DNA from: Planctomycetota bacterium
Lineage (GTDB): Bacteria > Planctomycetota > MHYJ01 > WSZJ01
Assembly: GCA_038060895.1 (NCBI GenBank)
Contig: JBBTCT010000027.1
Coordinates: forward strand, 1-64,000
DNA length: 64,000 nt
Direction of reading: 5' to 3'
The position numbers and the translations under genes were made by a program. This document shows positions 47,795 through 57,834 of the stretch, in pieces; position 1 is the stretch's first letter, and each line of letters starts with the position of its first letter. The notes below the pieces were generated by a model, which saw only the letters and a list, made by a program, of their open reading frames with translations, searched no databases and was not told the DNA's origin.

Positions 47795-49738
47795 ATGGGC
47801 AAGGGCAAAAAGGAGCTTAACGTGCTGGTAACGGCCCGGTACGGAGAGATGCGGTACGTCGCGGACTTCATCTGCGATGTACCGAACGTCAAACGCGGTA
47901 CGAAGGCGGTCCTTGCGACGGACCGCGGAACGGAGCTCGGCGAAATCCTTGTCATCAACAAGGAGAAACCCGCGGAGCACCGCCATCGCGCGGAGGGCGA
48001 GCGGAGGAGCGAGTACGACAAGCCCGGGATCTCGGGCACCGTCGTCCGCATGGCCACGCCCGACGACATCTCCACCGCCCAGAAGCTCCACCTGAACGAA
48101 GAAGTCCAGGAGTACGACTTCTGCGCTTCCAAGATCGCCGCGCTCAAGCTCGACATGCAGCTGGTCTGCTCCGAGCACATCCTCGGCGGCGAGAAGGTCA
48201 TCTTCTATTTCCTCTCCGAGAACCGCGTGGACTTCCGCGACCTGGTCAAGGATCTCTCCGGGCAGTTCAAGGCCCGCATCGAACTGCGCCAGATCGGCGC
48301 TCGCGATTCGGCCCGGCTTGTCGGCGACTACAACTCGTGCGGGCGCCAGCTCTGCTGCCAGACCTTCATCAAGGACTTCGAGCCGATCACGATGAAGATG
48401 GCGAAGAATCAGCGGACGACGCTGGATCCCGAGAAGATTTCCGGGCGATGCGGGAAGCTGAAGTGCTGCCTGAAGTATGAGAACGACGTGTACCTCGAGC
48501 TGCGGAAGCTGCTTCCGAACATCGGCGCGAAGGTGAAAACGAAGAAGGGGGACGGCGAAGTCGCCGACCAGAACGTGATCGCGCAGGAATTCCAGCTTCA
48601 GCTCGAGACGGGGGAGTGGGTGAAGTGCTGGGGCTCGGACGTGATCGAGATCCTGACGCCCGGGAATGCCGACGCGCCGCCGAAGCGGCGGCCGAGGCTG
48701 CCGCTTCCGGGCGCGGAAGACACGAAAGGGAAGCCCGGGTTCCGTCCGCGTCCGGCGGTGGCGCCGGCGGCGGGGGCTCCTCCTGCAGCGGGAGTTCCTC
48801 CGGCGGCGACGGTGGCCCCTGGTGCCGCACCGGTTGCGGGTGCGCCGGCCGTGCCTGCCGCTCCCCGTGCCGATCGCTGGCCGCGCAAGGACAAGCCGTC
48901 GTTCCAGCTCCTTCCTGCGCCTCCGCGCGAAGAAGTCACGCCGGGCGATGCTTCGGCAAAACCTCCGTCCGAATCGACCGCAGCGCCGGGAAGCGGCATG
49001 GAAGAAATCGAGAAGTCTCCCTCGACGCAGAGCCACTCGCGCGGCGCAGGATCGCCGGGGGTGATGGCCCCGGGGCAGGTCGACGTGGACGACATCGCGG
49101 CGATGCTGGCGAAGTCGCCGACGGCGCCTCCGCCCTCGCATTCGGCGCCGCCGCTCATGCCCTTGAGCGGAGAACGCCGGCCGTCACAGCCGCCCTCCCA
49201 GCGCCGGGATTCTGCACCTCCGGTTCCCGGTCCGCGCCGTCCCGACCGCGACCGGCGGGATCGCGGACCGCGGGATTCGCGGGATCGGCGTCCTTCCGGA
49301 CCCAGGCCGCCCGAAGCGTCGCCAGGCGCGAGGGCGGGAAGTGCACCTCCTCCCGCCCCGGTGACGGGAGGCGCTCCGGCAGGCCCGCGGCCCGTGGATT
49401 CGGCCGACGATCGTCGCATCCGGCGGGAACGCCGGGAGAAAGAGTGGCGCGAGCGCGTGGAGAAGCGAATCCTCGAACGTCAGCAGCGGCCCGCCTCCGA
49501 GCCCGGCAGCGCGCCCCCTGCGCCGCCGGCCTCCGACGGGTCATCGCCGCTTCCGCCGACGCCTTCCGGCGCTCCGCCGTCCGGCCAGCGTCCTCCCGAG
49601 CATCGAGGCGGAGTCCGCGGCAACCGCCACCGCCATCGCGGAGGGCGCGGCCGCGGAGGTTCGCACGGCGGCCCCCGTCCCGGAGGAAATCCGCCACCCG
49701 CCGGCGGACCCCCCGCGCCTCCGCCCCCCGCACCGTAG
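47795..49738 (+). CDS. ricT: PSP1/RicT (YaaT) family protein with long Pro/Arg-rich tail
   Basis: FYF.SENRVDFRDLV, RIELRQIGARD, CGRQLCC, ISGRCGKLKCCLKYE. Confidence 0.88.
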   Translation: MGKGKKELNVLVTARYGEMRYVADFICDVPNVKRGTKAVLATDRGTELGEILVINKEKPAEHRHRAEGERRSEYDKPGISGTVVRMATPDDISTAQKLHLNEEVQEYDFCASKIAALKLDMQLVCSEHILGGEKVIFYFLSENRVDFRDLVKDLSGQFKARIELRQIGARDSARLVGDYNSCGRQLCCQTFIKDFEPITMKMAKNQRTTLDPEKISGRCGKLKCCLKYENDVYLELRKLLPNIGAKVKTKKGDGEVADQNVIAQEFQLQLETGEWVKCWGSDVIEILTPGNADAPPKRRPRLPLPGAEDTKGKPGFRPRPAVAPAAGAPPAAGVPPAATVAPGAAPVAGAPAVPAAPRADRWPRKDKPSFQLLPAPPREEVTPGDASAKPPSESTAAPGSGMEEIEKSPSTQSHSRGAGSPGVMAPGQVDVDDIAAMLAKSPTAPPPSHSAPPLMPLSGERRPSQPPSQRRDSAPPVPGPRRPDRDRRDRGPRDSRDRRPSGPRPPEASPGARAGSAPPPAPVTGGAPAGPRPVDSADDRRIRRERREKEWRERVEKRILERQQRPASEPGSAPPAPPASDGSSPLPPTPSGAPPSGQRPPEHRGGVRGNRHRHRGGRGRGGSHGGPRPGGNPPPAGGPPAPPPPAP

Positions 49739-49762
49739 ACCCTTCAAGGCAGACAACCCAGA

Positions 49763-51367
49763 ATGGCCAAGTTTTACATCACGACCGCGATCGATTACGC
49801 GAACTCGAGTCCCCACACCGGCACGGCTTACGAAAAAATCGGCGCCGATGCGATCGCGCGCTGGAAGCGCCTCCAGGGCCACGACGTCCATTTCGTCATG
49901 GGAATGGACGAGCACTCCATCAACGTGGTGAAGAAGGCCGAGTCGCTCGGGATGGACCCGGAAAAATACTGCGACGAGATGGAGCCGAAGTTCACCGGGC
50001 TCTGGAAGGCGCTGAACATCTCGTACGACGACTTCATCCGCACGACGGAGAAGCGGCATTTCGTGTCGGCGACGGAGTTCTTCCGGCGCGTGCACGCGAA
50101 AGGCGACATCTACAAGGCGAAGTACACCGGTCTCTACTGCGTCGGGTGCGAGGCCTACCTGAAGGCGTCGGACCTGGTCGACGGGAAATGCAAGAACCAC
50201 GGGACGCCTCCGCAGGCGATCGAGGAAGAGAACTGGTTCTTCCGGCTCTCGAAGTACTCGCAGGCGATGGTCGAGCACATCGAGAAGCACCCGGATTTCG
50301 TCCAGCCGGACGTGCGGCGCAACGAGGTGCTGAATGTCGCGAAGGACGGGCTCGAGGACATCTCCATCTCGCGCTCCACGTTCAAGTTCGGCATCCCGCT
50401 CACCTGCGACCCGGCCCACGTCATGTACGTCTGGTTCGACGCGCTGGTGAATTACATCAGCGCCGTAGGGTTCGCGAGCGACGAAGCGAAATTCACGAAG
50501 TGGTGGCCGGCCGATCTCCACGTCATCGGCAAGGACATCACCCGCTTCCACTGCCTCCTCTGGCCCGCGATGCTGATGAGCGCCGGCGTGGCGCTCCCGA
50601 AACAGGTCTGGGGGCACGGGTGGGTGCACTACAAGGGACTGAAGATGTCGAAGTCGACGGGCCATCTGCTCGACCCGTTCGACGTCATCGAGCCGCACGG
50701 CGCTGACGCGCTGCGTTACTTCCTCCTGCGCGAAGTGGCGTGGGACCGCGACGGGGATTTCACGTGGGAAGCGTTCATTGCACGGTACAACGCGGATCTC
50801 GCGAACGACATCGGGAACCTGCTGCACAGGACCCTGAAGATGGTTAACACGTACTGCGGCGGGGCGATTCCCGCAACGACGGAGCCCGGCGGGACCGACG
50901 CGGACCTCGTGGCGCACATGGACGCTCTGCCGAGGGACGTCGAGGCGCTCATGGAAAAACAGGACCTGAGCGGCGCGCTGACGCGGATCTGGGACGCCGT
51001 CCGGCGCGCGAATTCCTATATCGAGGAGAGCCAGCCCTGGGCGCTGAACAAACAGGCTAAGGCCGGGCGCGTGGCCGCGGTAATGACGAACCTTGCCACC
51101 TCGATCGGGCGCATCTCGGCGCTGCTTCACTCGTTCCTTCCGGCGACGGCCGAGAAGATCCGCGAGCAGCTTGGCCTGCCGGCGAAGCCCGACCGGATTC
51201 CCGGGAAGTGGGAGCCGCTTCCCGCGGGGCACAAGGTGAAGGAAGGGGCTGTGCTCTTTCCCAGGATCGAGACGGAGAAGAAGGAAGCAGGCGGGCAAGG
51301 GCAAGCGCAAGGGCAAGGGAAACGGAAAGGCAAGGATCAAGGCGGGGCCGCGGAGAAGTCGAAATAG
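49763..51367 (+). CDS. metG: Methionyl-tRNA synthetase (no C-terminal tRNA-binding domain)
   Basis: YITTAIDY, HTGT (HIGH-like), YVWFDAL, IGKDITRFH, KMSKS. Confidence 0.95.
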   Translation: MAKFYITTAIDYANSSPHTGTAYEKIGADAIARWKRLQGHDVHFVMGMDEHSINVVKKAESLGMDPEKYCDEMEPKFTGLWKALNISYDDFIRTTEKRHFVSATEFFRRVHAKGDIYKAKYTGLYCVGCEAYLKASDLVDGKCKNHGTPPQAIEEENWFFRLSKYSQAMVEHIEKHPDFVQPDVRRNEVLNVAKDGLEDISISRSTFKFGIPLTCDPAHVMYVWFDALVNYISAVGFASDEAKFTKWWPADLHVIGKDITRFHCLLWPAMLMSAGVALPKQVWGHGWVHYKGLKMSKSTGHLLDPFDVIEPHGADALRYFLLREVAWDRDGDFTWEAFIARYNADLANDIGNLLHRTLKMVNTYCGGAIPATTEPGGTDADLVAHMDALPRDVEALMEKQDLSGALTRIWDAVRRANSYIEESQPWALNKQAKAGRVAAVMTNLATSIGRISALLHSFLPATAEKIREQLGLPAKPDRIPGKWEPLPAGHKVKEGAVLFPRIETEKKEAGGQGQAQGQGKRKGKDQGGAAEKSK

Positions 51368-51376
51368 AAGGCAGCC

Positions 51377-51766
51377 ATGGCCGAAGAAACCACCGACTTT
51401 CCCGAAATGCTCCGCCAGATCCGCGAGAAAGACCCGCGCTTCACCGCCGAGGCCTACGCGTTCACGTTCCAGGGCCTCGACTACACGATGCACGAGATCA
51501 AGGGCAAGAGGCAGCACGTGACCGGGCAGGACCTGCTCGAGGGTATCCGGCGGCTCGCCGCGAAGGAATTCGGGCGGCTCGCGCCGATGGTGTTCAAGGC
51601 ATGGGGCGTGACGAAGAGCAGCCACTTCGGCGACATCGTCTACAACCTCATCGAGGCCGGCGTGATGAGCCGCCGCGACGAGGACAAGCGCGAGGACTTT
51701 GACGGTGGCTGGGATCTCGCGACCGCGTTCGACAAGGAAGAGGAAAGCGGCGCCGCCAAGGAGTGA
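51377..51766 (+). CDS. Verrucomicrobia/Planctomycetes-restricted protein (Minf_1886-like)
   Basis: DPRF..EAY.F...L..T...HVTGQ.L..G...A..EFG.LA..V...WG.....FG.IVYNLIE. Confidence 0.8.
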   Translation: MAEETTDFPEMLRQIREKDPRFTAEAYAFTFQGLDYTMHEIKGKRQHVTGQDLLEGIRRLAAKEFGRLAPMVFKAWGVTKSSHFGDIVYNLIEAGVMSRRDEDKREDFDGGWDLATAFDKEEESGAAKE

Positions 51767-51869
51767 CCTGCGCCGCGATCGGCGATTGTTTTGCCTCGCT
51801 CTCTCCCGCGGTTCATAATGCGTGCTTCCAGTTCGCTCCTCCTCTTCTTCGCCTCACACCCGGGACCGC

Positions 51870-53225
51870 ATGGAGAAGAACTCCGCCGTCATCCAGGAAC
51901 TCGCTTCGATACTCGAGCGAAAGGGAATTTCGCGCGACGAGCTGGACGGGATGCTGGAGATCGTCCATCCGGTGGACATGGCGTTCATCCTCGAGGACCT
52001 GACGGCCGAGGAGAAGGCGCAGGTCTTCAAGCTGTTCGACCTGGAGACCGCTGCCGCCGTGCTCGCTGAGCTGGACGACGATGCGACGCGCGACGTCATC
52101 AACGCACTTCCCCAGGACACCGTGCAGAAAGTGCTGGGCGCGATGACGGCGGACGACGCCGCCGCAACCGTCCGGCTGATCGCGCAGGAGCACGGGCGGG
52201 ATGCGGCGCTGGAGTTTCTTTCGAAGCGCCAGAAGGAGCAGGTCCGCGAGCTGCTGCGTTATGGCGAGAAGACGGCCGGCGCGCTCATGACGACGAATTT
52301 CGTCGCCGTCCCGGTCACGGCCACCGCGACGGAGGCGCTGAAGGCGCTTCAGGGCGCGGTGCAGTCGAACACGGTCGTCTACATCTACGTCGTGGACGCG
52401 GGGGGAGTCCTGAAGGGCGTGCTTTCGATTCGTTCGCTGCTGCGGGCTTCTTCAGAGACGAGGATCACGGACATCATGCGTCCTGACGCAGTCACGGTGC
52501 CGCCGCAGATGGACCAGGAGGAGGTGGCGCGCATCGTGCGGCGCTACAACCTGGACGCGATCCCGGTGACGGACGCGAACGGCCGGCTTCTCGGGGTCGT
52601 CACGGCGGACACGATTCACCAGGTGGTGGCCGAAGAGGCCGGGGAAGACCTGTTGAAGATGGCCGGCGCCGGCGGCCTCAACATGTTCGCGGACCCGGTG
52701 TTGAAGCGGGTGCTCCTCCGGATTCCGTGGCTGATTCCGCCGTTGCTCGGCGGGCTCGTCGTCGGGAAGATCCAGCACTCCTTCGCCGGCATGCGTGCCG
52801 CGGAGTTCATCTCCCTGGTGCTGTTCATCCCGGTGATGATGGGGACTGCGGGAAACGTTGCGGTGCAGTCCTCGACGCTCGTGGTGCGGGGGCTCGCCAC
52901 GGGCGAAATAAAAACATCGAGAATTCTCGGGATCCTCTTCGCCGAAACTCGCGTCGGGGCACTGATCGGCCTCGTCTGCGGCGCCCTCATCGGCGCGGCG
53001 GGCTGGCTCACCGCCTCCGCCCACATCGGCGCCATCGTCTCCATCTCGATGATCACCGCCATCACCGTCGCCGCGCTCAACGGAACCGCCTTTCCGCTGA
53101 TCCTGCACCGCTTCAAGGCCGACCCCGCCATCTCCGCCGGCCCCTTCATCACCGCCGTCAACGACATCTCCGCCACCCTGATCTACATGGGCTGCGCCAT
53201 CGCGCTTCTGAGGATCTTCGGTTGA
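51870..53225 (+). CDS. mgtE: Magnesium transporter MgtE
   Basis: CBS pair, R.PWL, FIP..MG.AGN...Q, DPA..AGPFIT..ND. Confidence 0.93.
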   Translation: MEKNSAVIQELASILERKGISRDELDGMLEIVHPVDMAFILEDLTAEEKAQVFKLFDLETAAAVLAELDDDATRDVINALPQDTVQKVLGAMTADDAAATVRLIAQEHGRDAALEFLSKRQKEQVRELLRYGEKTAGALMTTNFVAVPVTATATEALKALQGAVQSNTVVYIYVVDAGGVLKGVLSIRSLLRASSETRITDIMRPDAVTVPPQMDQEEVARIVRRYNLDAIPVTDANGRLLGVVTADTIHQVVAEEAGEDLLKMAGAGGLNMFADPVLKRVLLRIPWLIPPLLGGLVVGKIQHSFAGMRAAEFISLVLFIPVMMGTAGNVAVQSSTLVVRGLATGEIKTSRILGILFAETRVGALIGLVCGALIGAAGWLTASAHIGAIVSISMITAITVAALNGTAFPLILHRFKADPAISAGPFITAVNDISATLIYMGCAIALLRIFG

Positions 53226-54094
53226 TCCTCGCGGCCATCGACATCGGCTCGAACACCGTGAAGCTCCTCGTGGCCCGGGTCGAGGGGCGGAAACTGTCGC
53301 CGCTCAAGGAAGAAATCGCCTACACCAGGCTCGGAGAGGGGATCGGCGAGGGAAAGCCTCTGTCGGCGGAAGCCATGGTGCGCACCGTTGACGCTGCCGT
53401 GAAATTCGCCGCGGCAGCGCGCGAGGCCGGCGCTTCGCAAACGGTCGTCACGGCCACCGAGGCCGCGCGGAACGCGACAAACTCGGCCGAATTCCTCCAC
53501 GCGTGCCGAAGCCGCGGCCTTGAAGTGCGGGTGTTGAGCGGGGAAGAGGAAGCCCGGCTCTCGTGGCTCGGGGGAACGCTGGACCTGCCGCCGGGGCCGT
53601 CGGTCGTGCTGGACGTCGGAGGCGGCTCGGCGGAGATCACCGCGGGGGACGGCGAGATCGTCACCTGGTCCACACGCCTTCCCCTGGGCGCCGTCCGGCT
53701 CCGCGAGCGATTTCTCGTCGGCGCCGCGCCAGCCCGCCCCGGCGCCTGGACCCTGCTCGAGGACCACGTCCGCGCCGCGCTCGCTTCCGTCCCCCCCGAC
53801 CTCCCCGGCACCTTCGTCGGGGTTGGAGGCACGGTCGCCGCACTGGCGAAGCTCGCCCACCCGAAGGACCCGCTGCTGCCGCTTCCCGCCGAGCGAATCG
53901 CCTCCATGGCCGCCCTCCTGCGAACTCTCTCCCCCCCGCAGATCCTGGCGCTCGGTGTTCCCTGGGGCCGCGAGGACATCATCGCGGCCGGCGCCGCCAT
54001 CGTGAACCTTGCCGTCCAGCACCTGCACCGCGACCGCCTCATCCCCGTCGCCACCGGCCTGCGCTTCGGCCTCCTCCGGCAACTCGCCGAATAG
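53222..54094 (+). CDS. ppx: Ppx/GppA exopolyphosphatase family
   Basis: AIDIGSNT, AT.AAR.A.N, SGEEEA, DVGGGS.E, GGT, GLR.G. Confidence 0.9.
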   Translation: MILAAIDIGSNTVKLLVARVEGRKLSPLKEEIAYTRLGEGIGEGKPLSAEAMVRTVDAAVKFAAAAREAGASQTVVTATEAARNATNSAEFLHACRSRGLEVRVLSGEEEARLSWLGGTLDLPPGPSVVLDVGGGSAEITAGDGEIVTWSTRLPLGAVRLRERFLVGAAPARPGAWTLLEDHVRAALASVPPDLPGTFVGVGGTVAALAKLAHPKDPLLPLPAERIASMAALLRTLSPPQILALGVPWGREDIIAAGAAIVNLAVQHLHRDRLIPVATGLRFGLLRQLAE

Positions 54095-54280
54095 GTCGTT
54101 TTGACCGGAAAAGCGCATTTGCGCTTCATTTGTCCCGCCGCGAAGCCGTAGACTACTCCCAAGCCTGCTCCCCAAGGAGGGAATGGCAGTCGCGCTGGCG
54201 GCCGTGAGGGACGGCAGCCTCCGCGCGGAGACTCTGGTGCTTACTCCGCCGCCGGCGCAACTGATCAGGGGAGTCGATGC

Positions 54281-54589
54281 ATGTCCTACGTGGACAAGCA
54301 GCTCAGTTGCTCGGATTGCGGCGCGGCCTTTGTATTTACCGCGGCGGAGCAGGAGTTTCACCAGCAGAAGGGGTTCGCCAACGAGCCCCGGCGGTGCACG
54401 CCGTGCCGCGAGAAGCGCAAGCGGGAGGGGCGGGGGTTGTTGCCGGGGCAGCAGATGCACAAGACGAAGTGCGCCGGCTGCGGGGCGGAGGCGGAAGTTC
54501 CATTTGTACCCCGGCTGCAGAAGCCTGTATATTGCCGGGCCTGTTTCGACAAGCAGAAGGGCGGGGGCGGCGGTCGCCCCTACCACTAA
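54281..54589 (+). CDS. CxxC-x17-CxxC zinc-ribbon protein
   Basis: CSDCG..FVFT..EQ.F...KGF.NEP.RC..CR; C..CG...EVPF.P....PVYC..CF. Confidence 0.9.
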   Translation: MSYVDKQLSCSDCGAAFVFTAAEQEFHQQKGFANEPRRCTPCREKRKREGRGLLPGQQMHKTKCAGCGAEAEVPFVPRLQKPVYCRACFDKQKGGGGGRPYH

Positions 54590-54620
54590 ATTCCAGCGAC
54601 GAAAGGACTTCAGGCGGCGA

Positions 54621-54830
54621 ATGATCAAGATCAACATCGACAAGAAGGACCAGCTCGACCGTGCTCTCAAGCAGTTCAAGCGCATCTGCAACGACGCGGG
54701 GATCTTCAAAGAGATCAAGCGTTCGACGTACTACGAGAAGCCGAGCGAGCAGCGCCGCCGGGAAGCCAAGCAGAGAGAGAAGAACATCCGGAACATCGGG
54801 AAGAAGAAGGTGAAGAAGGTTTACCGGTAA
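54621..54830 (+). CDS. rpsU: 30S ribosomal protein S21
   Basis: LDRALKQFKR...GI..E.K...YYEKPS..RR. Confidence 0.9.
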   Translation: MIKINIDKKDQLDRALKQFKRICNDAGIFKEIKRSTYYEKPSEQRRREAKQREKNIRNIGKKKVKKVYR

Positions 54831-54882
54831 CTTGGGTTCGGAGTTTTGAGTGGAGATTGGTGGGTAGGAAAAGGAAAGCTTC

Positions 54883-54908
54883 AAACCCCGCGGAGACGCG
54901 GGGTTTTT
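54883..54908. terminator. Bidirectional terminator
   Basis: AAACCCCGCG-gaga-CGCGGGGTTTTT between convergent genes. Confidence 0.85.
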
Positions 54909-54940
54909 CATTTCTGTTGCTTCGAGTCGGCGCCGCTATC

Positions 54941-56122
54941 TCAGGGGAAACGAACTCCGTACACGTGCAGCTTCTCCCCAGCCTGCACACCCAGTGTCGT
55001 GCCGTCATCGCTGAAAGCAAGCTGACTGATCTTGCCCCCCGGTTGGAACTCAGCCAGCTTCTCCCATGTCGTCGAAAGCCGGATCAAGACTTTCCCGTCC
55101 GGGCTGCCCATCGCGATCCAAACGCCGTCCGGGCTCAGCGCAAGCGCGGAAAGGCCGCTCTTGCCGAGGCCGCTGGCGCGGGGTTTGTCAAATTCAAGCC
55201 AAACGGAGGTAGATAGCGCGACTTCCGCACTCTCTTTCGACCCGATTACGACGGCAGCGGTCTTGCGTGCCGCGTCCAGGAGACTCGGAACTTCAAGCGG
55301 TACGGCCTTTCGCACCATCAATTTCAAGGACCTGGAATCCCATCGAGCAACATGAAGTTCGGTATCCCGGCAGAGCGCGACGATTCCGATGTCCTGTGCG
55401 ACAGCCATCTGGATTTCTTTCTGCAATGTTGGAGTTGTCAGTTCCCATGACTCGCCCGTGGGCTGCTCGACCCAGAGCCCGTTTTCACAAACGCAGACAA
55501 AGCGGTTGTCGTCCAGGCGCAACACTGAACGAAGCTGACCACCACTATGGCCGAGGAATCCGGTCAGCTTTGGGACTAGCGACCCGCACCTGTCGGCCGA
55601 TTGTGGTTCAAAGAGCGCGATTTCGATGCGGTCGCGCAACGGGATGCCGATGCATCTCGCGCCCAGAAAGATCGGCGAGGCTACCTTTGGGGCAATCCCC
55701 ATTCGCGCACCTCGCTCTGCTTGTTCCCGGGGCGCGACACGCAGTTCTGAGTCCCTTGACTTGAAAAGCACTGACTTTTCGCTCTCGAAGGTTGCAAACG
55801 TCCTGCCATCGGTCGCCAGTGCGAACGGACCGATGGAATCGACGACCTCCCGTTCCTTGGGAAGGACCTCCAAGATCTCGATCACCGTCGCCAGGCGGTG
55901 TATTGCCTTCGGTTGAGTGCTCTTTTTCAACTTCGCACGAAGCAACGGCAAGGATGACGTCCCGGCGGTCAAGATGACTTGCCTGGCTTCATCGCGAACA
56001 AAGTCAATGTCGTGGACGACATCGCGTAGGGCTGACTCCATGCGGTCATTTTCCGGCGGTTGCGCGTCCTCGGCGCTGCCTGAGACGCAGGCGAACAGAA
56101 GGAACAGAGCGATGCGGTTCAT
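54941..56122 (-). CDS. Secreted WD40-like beta-propeller protein
   Basis: Signal peptide; ALSPDG..IA.G..DG.V, LAFS.DG..L repeats. Confidence 0.65.
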   Translation of the reverse strand: MNRIALFLLFACVSGSAEDAQPPENDRMESALRDVVHDIDFVRDEARQVILTAGTSSLPLLRAKLKKSTQPKAIHRLATVIEILEVLPKEREVVDSIGPFALATDGRTFATFESEKSVLFKSRDSELRVAPREQAERGARMGIAPKVASPIFLGARCIGIPLRDRIEIALFEPQSADRCGSLVPKLTGFLGHSGGQLRSVLRLDDNRFVCVCENGLWVEQPTGESWELTTPTLQKEIQMAVAQDIGIVALCRDTELHVARWDSRSLKLMVRKAVPLEVPSLLDAARKTAAVVIGSKESAEVALSTSVWLEFDKPRASGLGKSGLSALALSPDGVWIAMGSPDGKVLIRLSTTWEKLAEFQPGGKISQLAFSDDGTTLGVQAGEKLHVYGVRFP

Positions 56123-56238
56123 GCGTACCTCGATAGGGTGCCGCTTCCAATTCTAACGGAGTGAGGTCGTGCCTGTTCGTCCGTTCGCGCAGATGCGACG
56201 CCTTGCTGCTTCTTGGGCACCGTCTTACACTTTCGCGC

Positions 56239-56439
56239 GTGAAGATCACGCTCAATGGTGAGGCACGGGAGGTCCGCGAGGGGATGACCCTCGATGGGCT
56301 GCTGGGCGAGATCGGGCTCAAGGAACCGATGGTGGCGACGGAAGTCAACCTGGAGATCGTGGTGAGGGCGGAAAGGGCGGAGAAGGTGCTTCGCGAAGGA
56401 GACAAAGTCGAGGTTGTGAGTTTCGTCGGGGGCGGGTAA
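56239..56439 (+). CDS. thiS: Sulfur carrier protein ThiS
   Basis: ITLNGE...VA.EVN..IV...[14 protein letters not shown]. Confidence 0.92.
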   Translation: MKITLNGEAREVREGMTLDGLLGEIGLKEPMVATEVNLEIVVRAERAEKVLREGDKVEVVSFVGGG

Positions 56440-56486
56440 TTGAAACTTCGGTGGGCAAGGGCAAGGGCAAGGGCAAGGGAGAGAGC

Positions 56487-57266
56487 ATGATCGACGGGGA
56501 TGGCTTTAGGGTCGGCAAGTACGATTTCCGGTCGCGATTGATCATCGGGACGGGGAAGTACGCGACCCTCGACGTCATGGCCGCGGCGCTCGACGCCTCC
56601 GGCACGGATTGCGTCACGGTTGCAGTGCGGCGGGTCGACCTCAAGGCGAAAGAGTCCATCCTCACGCGCATCGACCGGGCGCGCTTCAAGATTCTTCCCA
56701 ATACCGCGGGTTGCTTCAACGCTGATGACGCACTGCGTTATTCGCGACTGGGGCGGGAGGCCGGGCTGAGCGATCTCGTCAAGCTGGAAGTGCTGGCGGA
56801 CGAGAAGACGCTGCTGCCGGACGTTGAGGAAACGCTGAAGGCCGCTCGCGTCCTGGTGAAGGAAGGATTCGTCGTGATGGCTTACACCAGCGACGACCCG
56901 GTGACCGCCCTGAAGTTGCAGGACGCGGGGTGCGCTTCCGTCATGCCTCTTGGATCGCTCATCGGAAGCGGGCTCGGGATCCTGAACCCCCACAACTTGC
57001 AGATCATCCTCCACCGGCTCACCGTTCCCGTCATCGTCGATGCGGGCGTCGGCACCGCTTCCGATGTCGCGGTGGCGATGGAACTCGGCGCTGCGGGAGT
57101 GCTCTGCAACACGGGGATCGCCCACGCGAAGGACCCGGCGAAGATGGCGGCGGCGATGAAGCACGGCGTCATCGGCGGGCGGCTCGCGTTTCTGGCCGGG
57201 CGAATCGCAAAGCGGCCGTTCGAGGGGAGTCCGTCCAGTCCGGCGTCGGGGATGCTCGGCAGGTAG
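56487..57266 (+). CDS. thiG: Thiazole synthase
   Basis: [45 protein letters not shown]. Confidence 0.96.
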   Translation: MIDGDGFRVGKYDFRSRLIIGTGKYATLDVMAAALDASGTDCVTVAVRRVDLKAKESILTRIDRARFKILPNTAGCFNADDALRYSRLGREAGLSDLVKLEVLADEKTLLPDVEETLKAARVLVKEGFVVMAYTSDDPVTALKLQDAGCASVMPLGSLIGSGLGILNPHNLQIILHRLTVPVIVDAGVGTASDVAVAMELGAAGVLCNTGIAHAKDPAKMAAAMKHGVIGGRLAFLAGRIAKRPFEGSPSSPASGMLGR

Positions 57267-57276
57267 ACCGCTGGAC

Positions 57277-57718
57277 CTACTTGTCGCGCTCGGGCCGCGG
57301 AAGAAGCGCTTCTTTCAGCAGCTCGGACATCGGATTCGCCGGCTCGCGATGAACGAACGCCTCCGCCTCCTTCCGCTCTTCGCCGTAAGCCTGGCAGGCG
57401 CGCTGGAAATCCTCCAGCGCCCCGGCCCGATCGCCCGTCTCAAATCGGGAGATTCCGCGGCGATAACGGACTCCCGGCGAATCCGACCGCTTGAGGCAGG
57501 CGTCGTACGCCGCGACCGCACGAGCATGCTCGCCGAGCGCCTGGTGGCAGTCGCCGATCGGCCGGTAATCCTGGCCGCCCTCTGCCTCGAGGTCGGCGAG
57601 GGCGCCCCGGTAGTCCCCGGTTTCGATCCGGCAGCGCGCCCGGGCGCCCAGGACTGCGCTTCCCGGATGGTGCGGCTTGACCGCGAGTGACCGGGTGTAG
57701 TCTTCGATCGCGCGCTTA
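57277..57718 (-). pseudogene. C-terminal fragment of TPR gene disrupted by the island
   Basis: Startless open frame KRAIEDYTRSLAVKP...GDYRGALADL...GEHARAVAAYDACL...GDRAGALEDFQRA...RDK*; same strand and frame as 61096-61605. Confidence 0.8.
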
Positions 57719-57834
57719 GTGGACTTAACATTTTAGGAATTAGCATATAAACAAACCCGAACTCTTCAGGATTTGACAATTGTGACTCTTTGTGATAAGG
57801 ATGAACCAACTGGCATTTGAAGGGAGGTGGTTCT

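Noticed and set aside
56120-56240. TPP riboswitch upstream of thiS-thiG
   Set aside because: No recognisable CTGAGA...ACCTGA/AGCGTAGG core on the coding strand; short divergent intergenic gap
56453-56477. (GGGCAA)x4 between thiS and thiG, and a similar run in the metG tail
   Set aside because: Short simple repeat with no evident function
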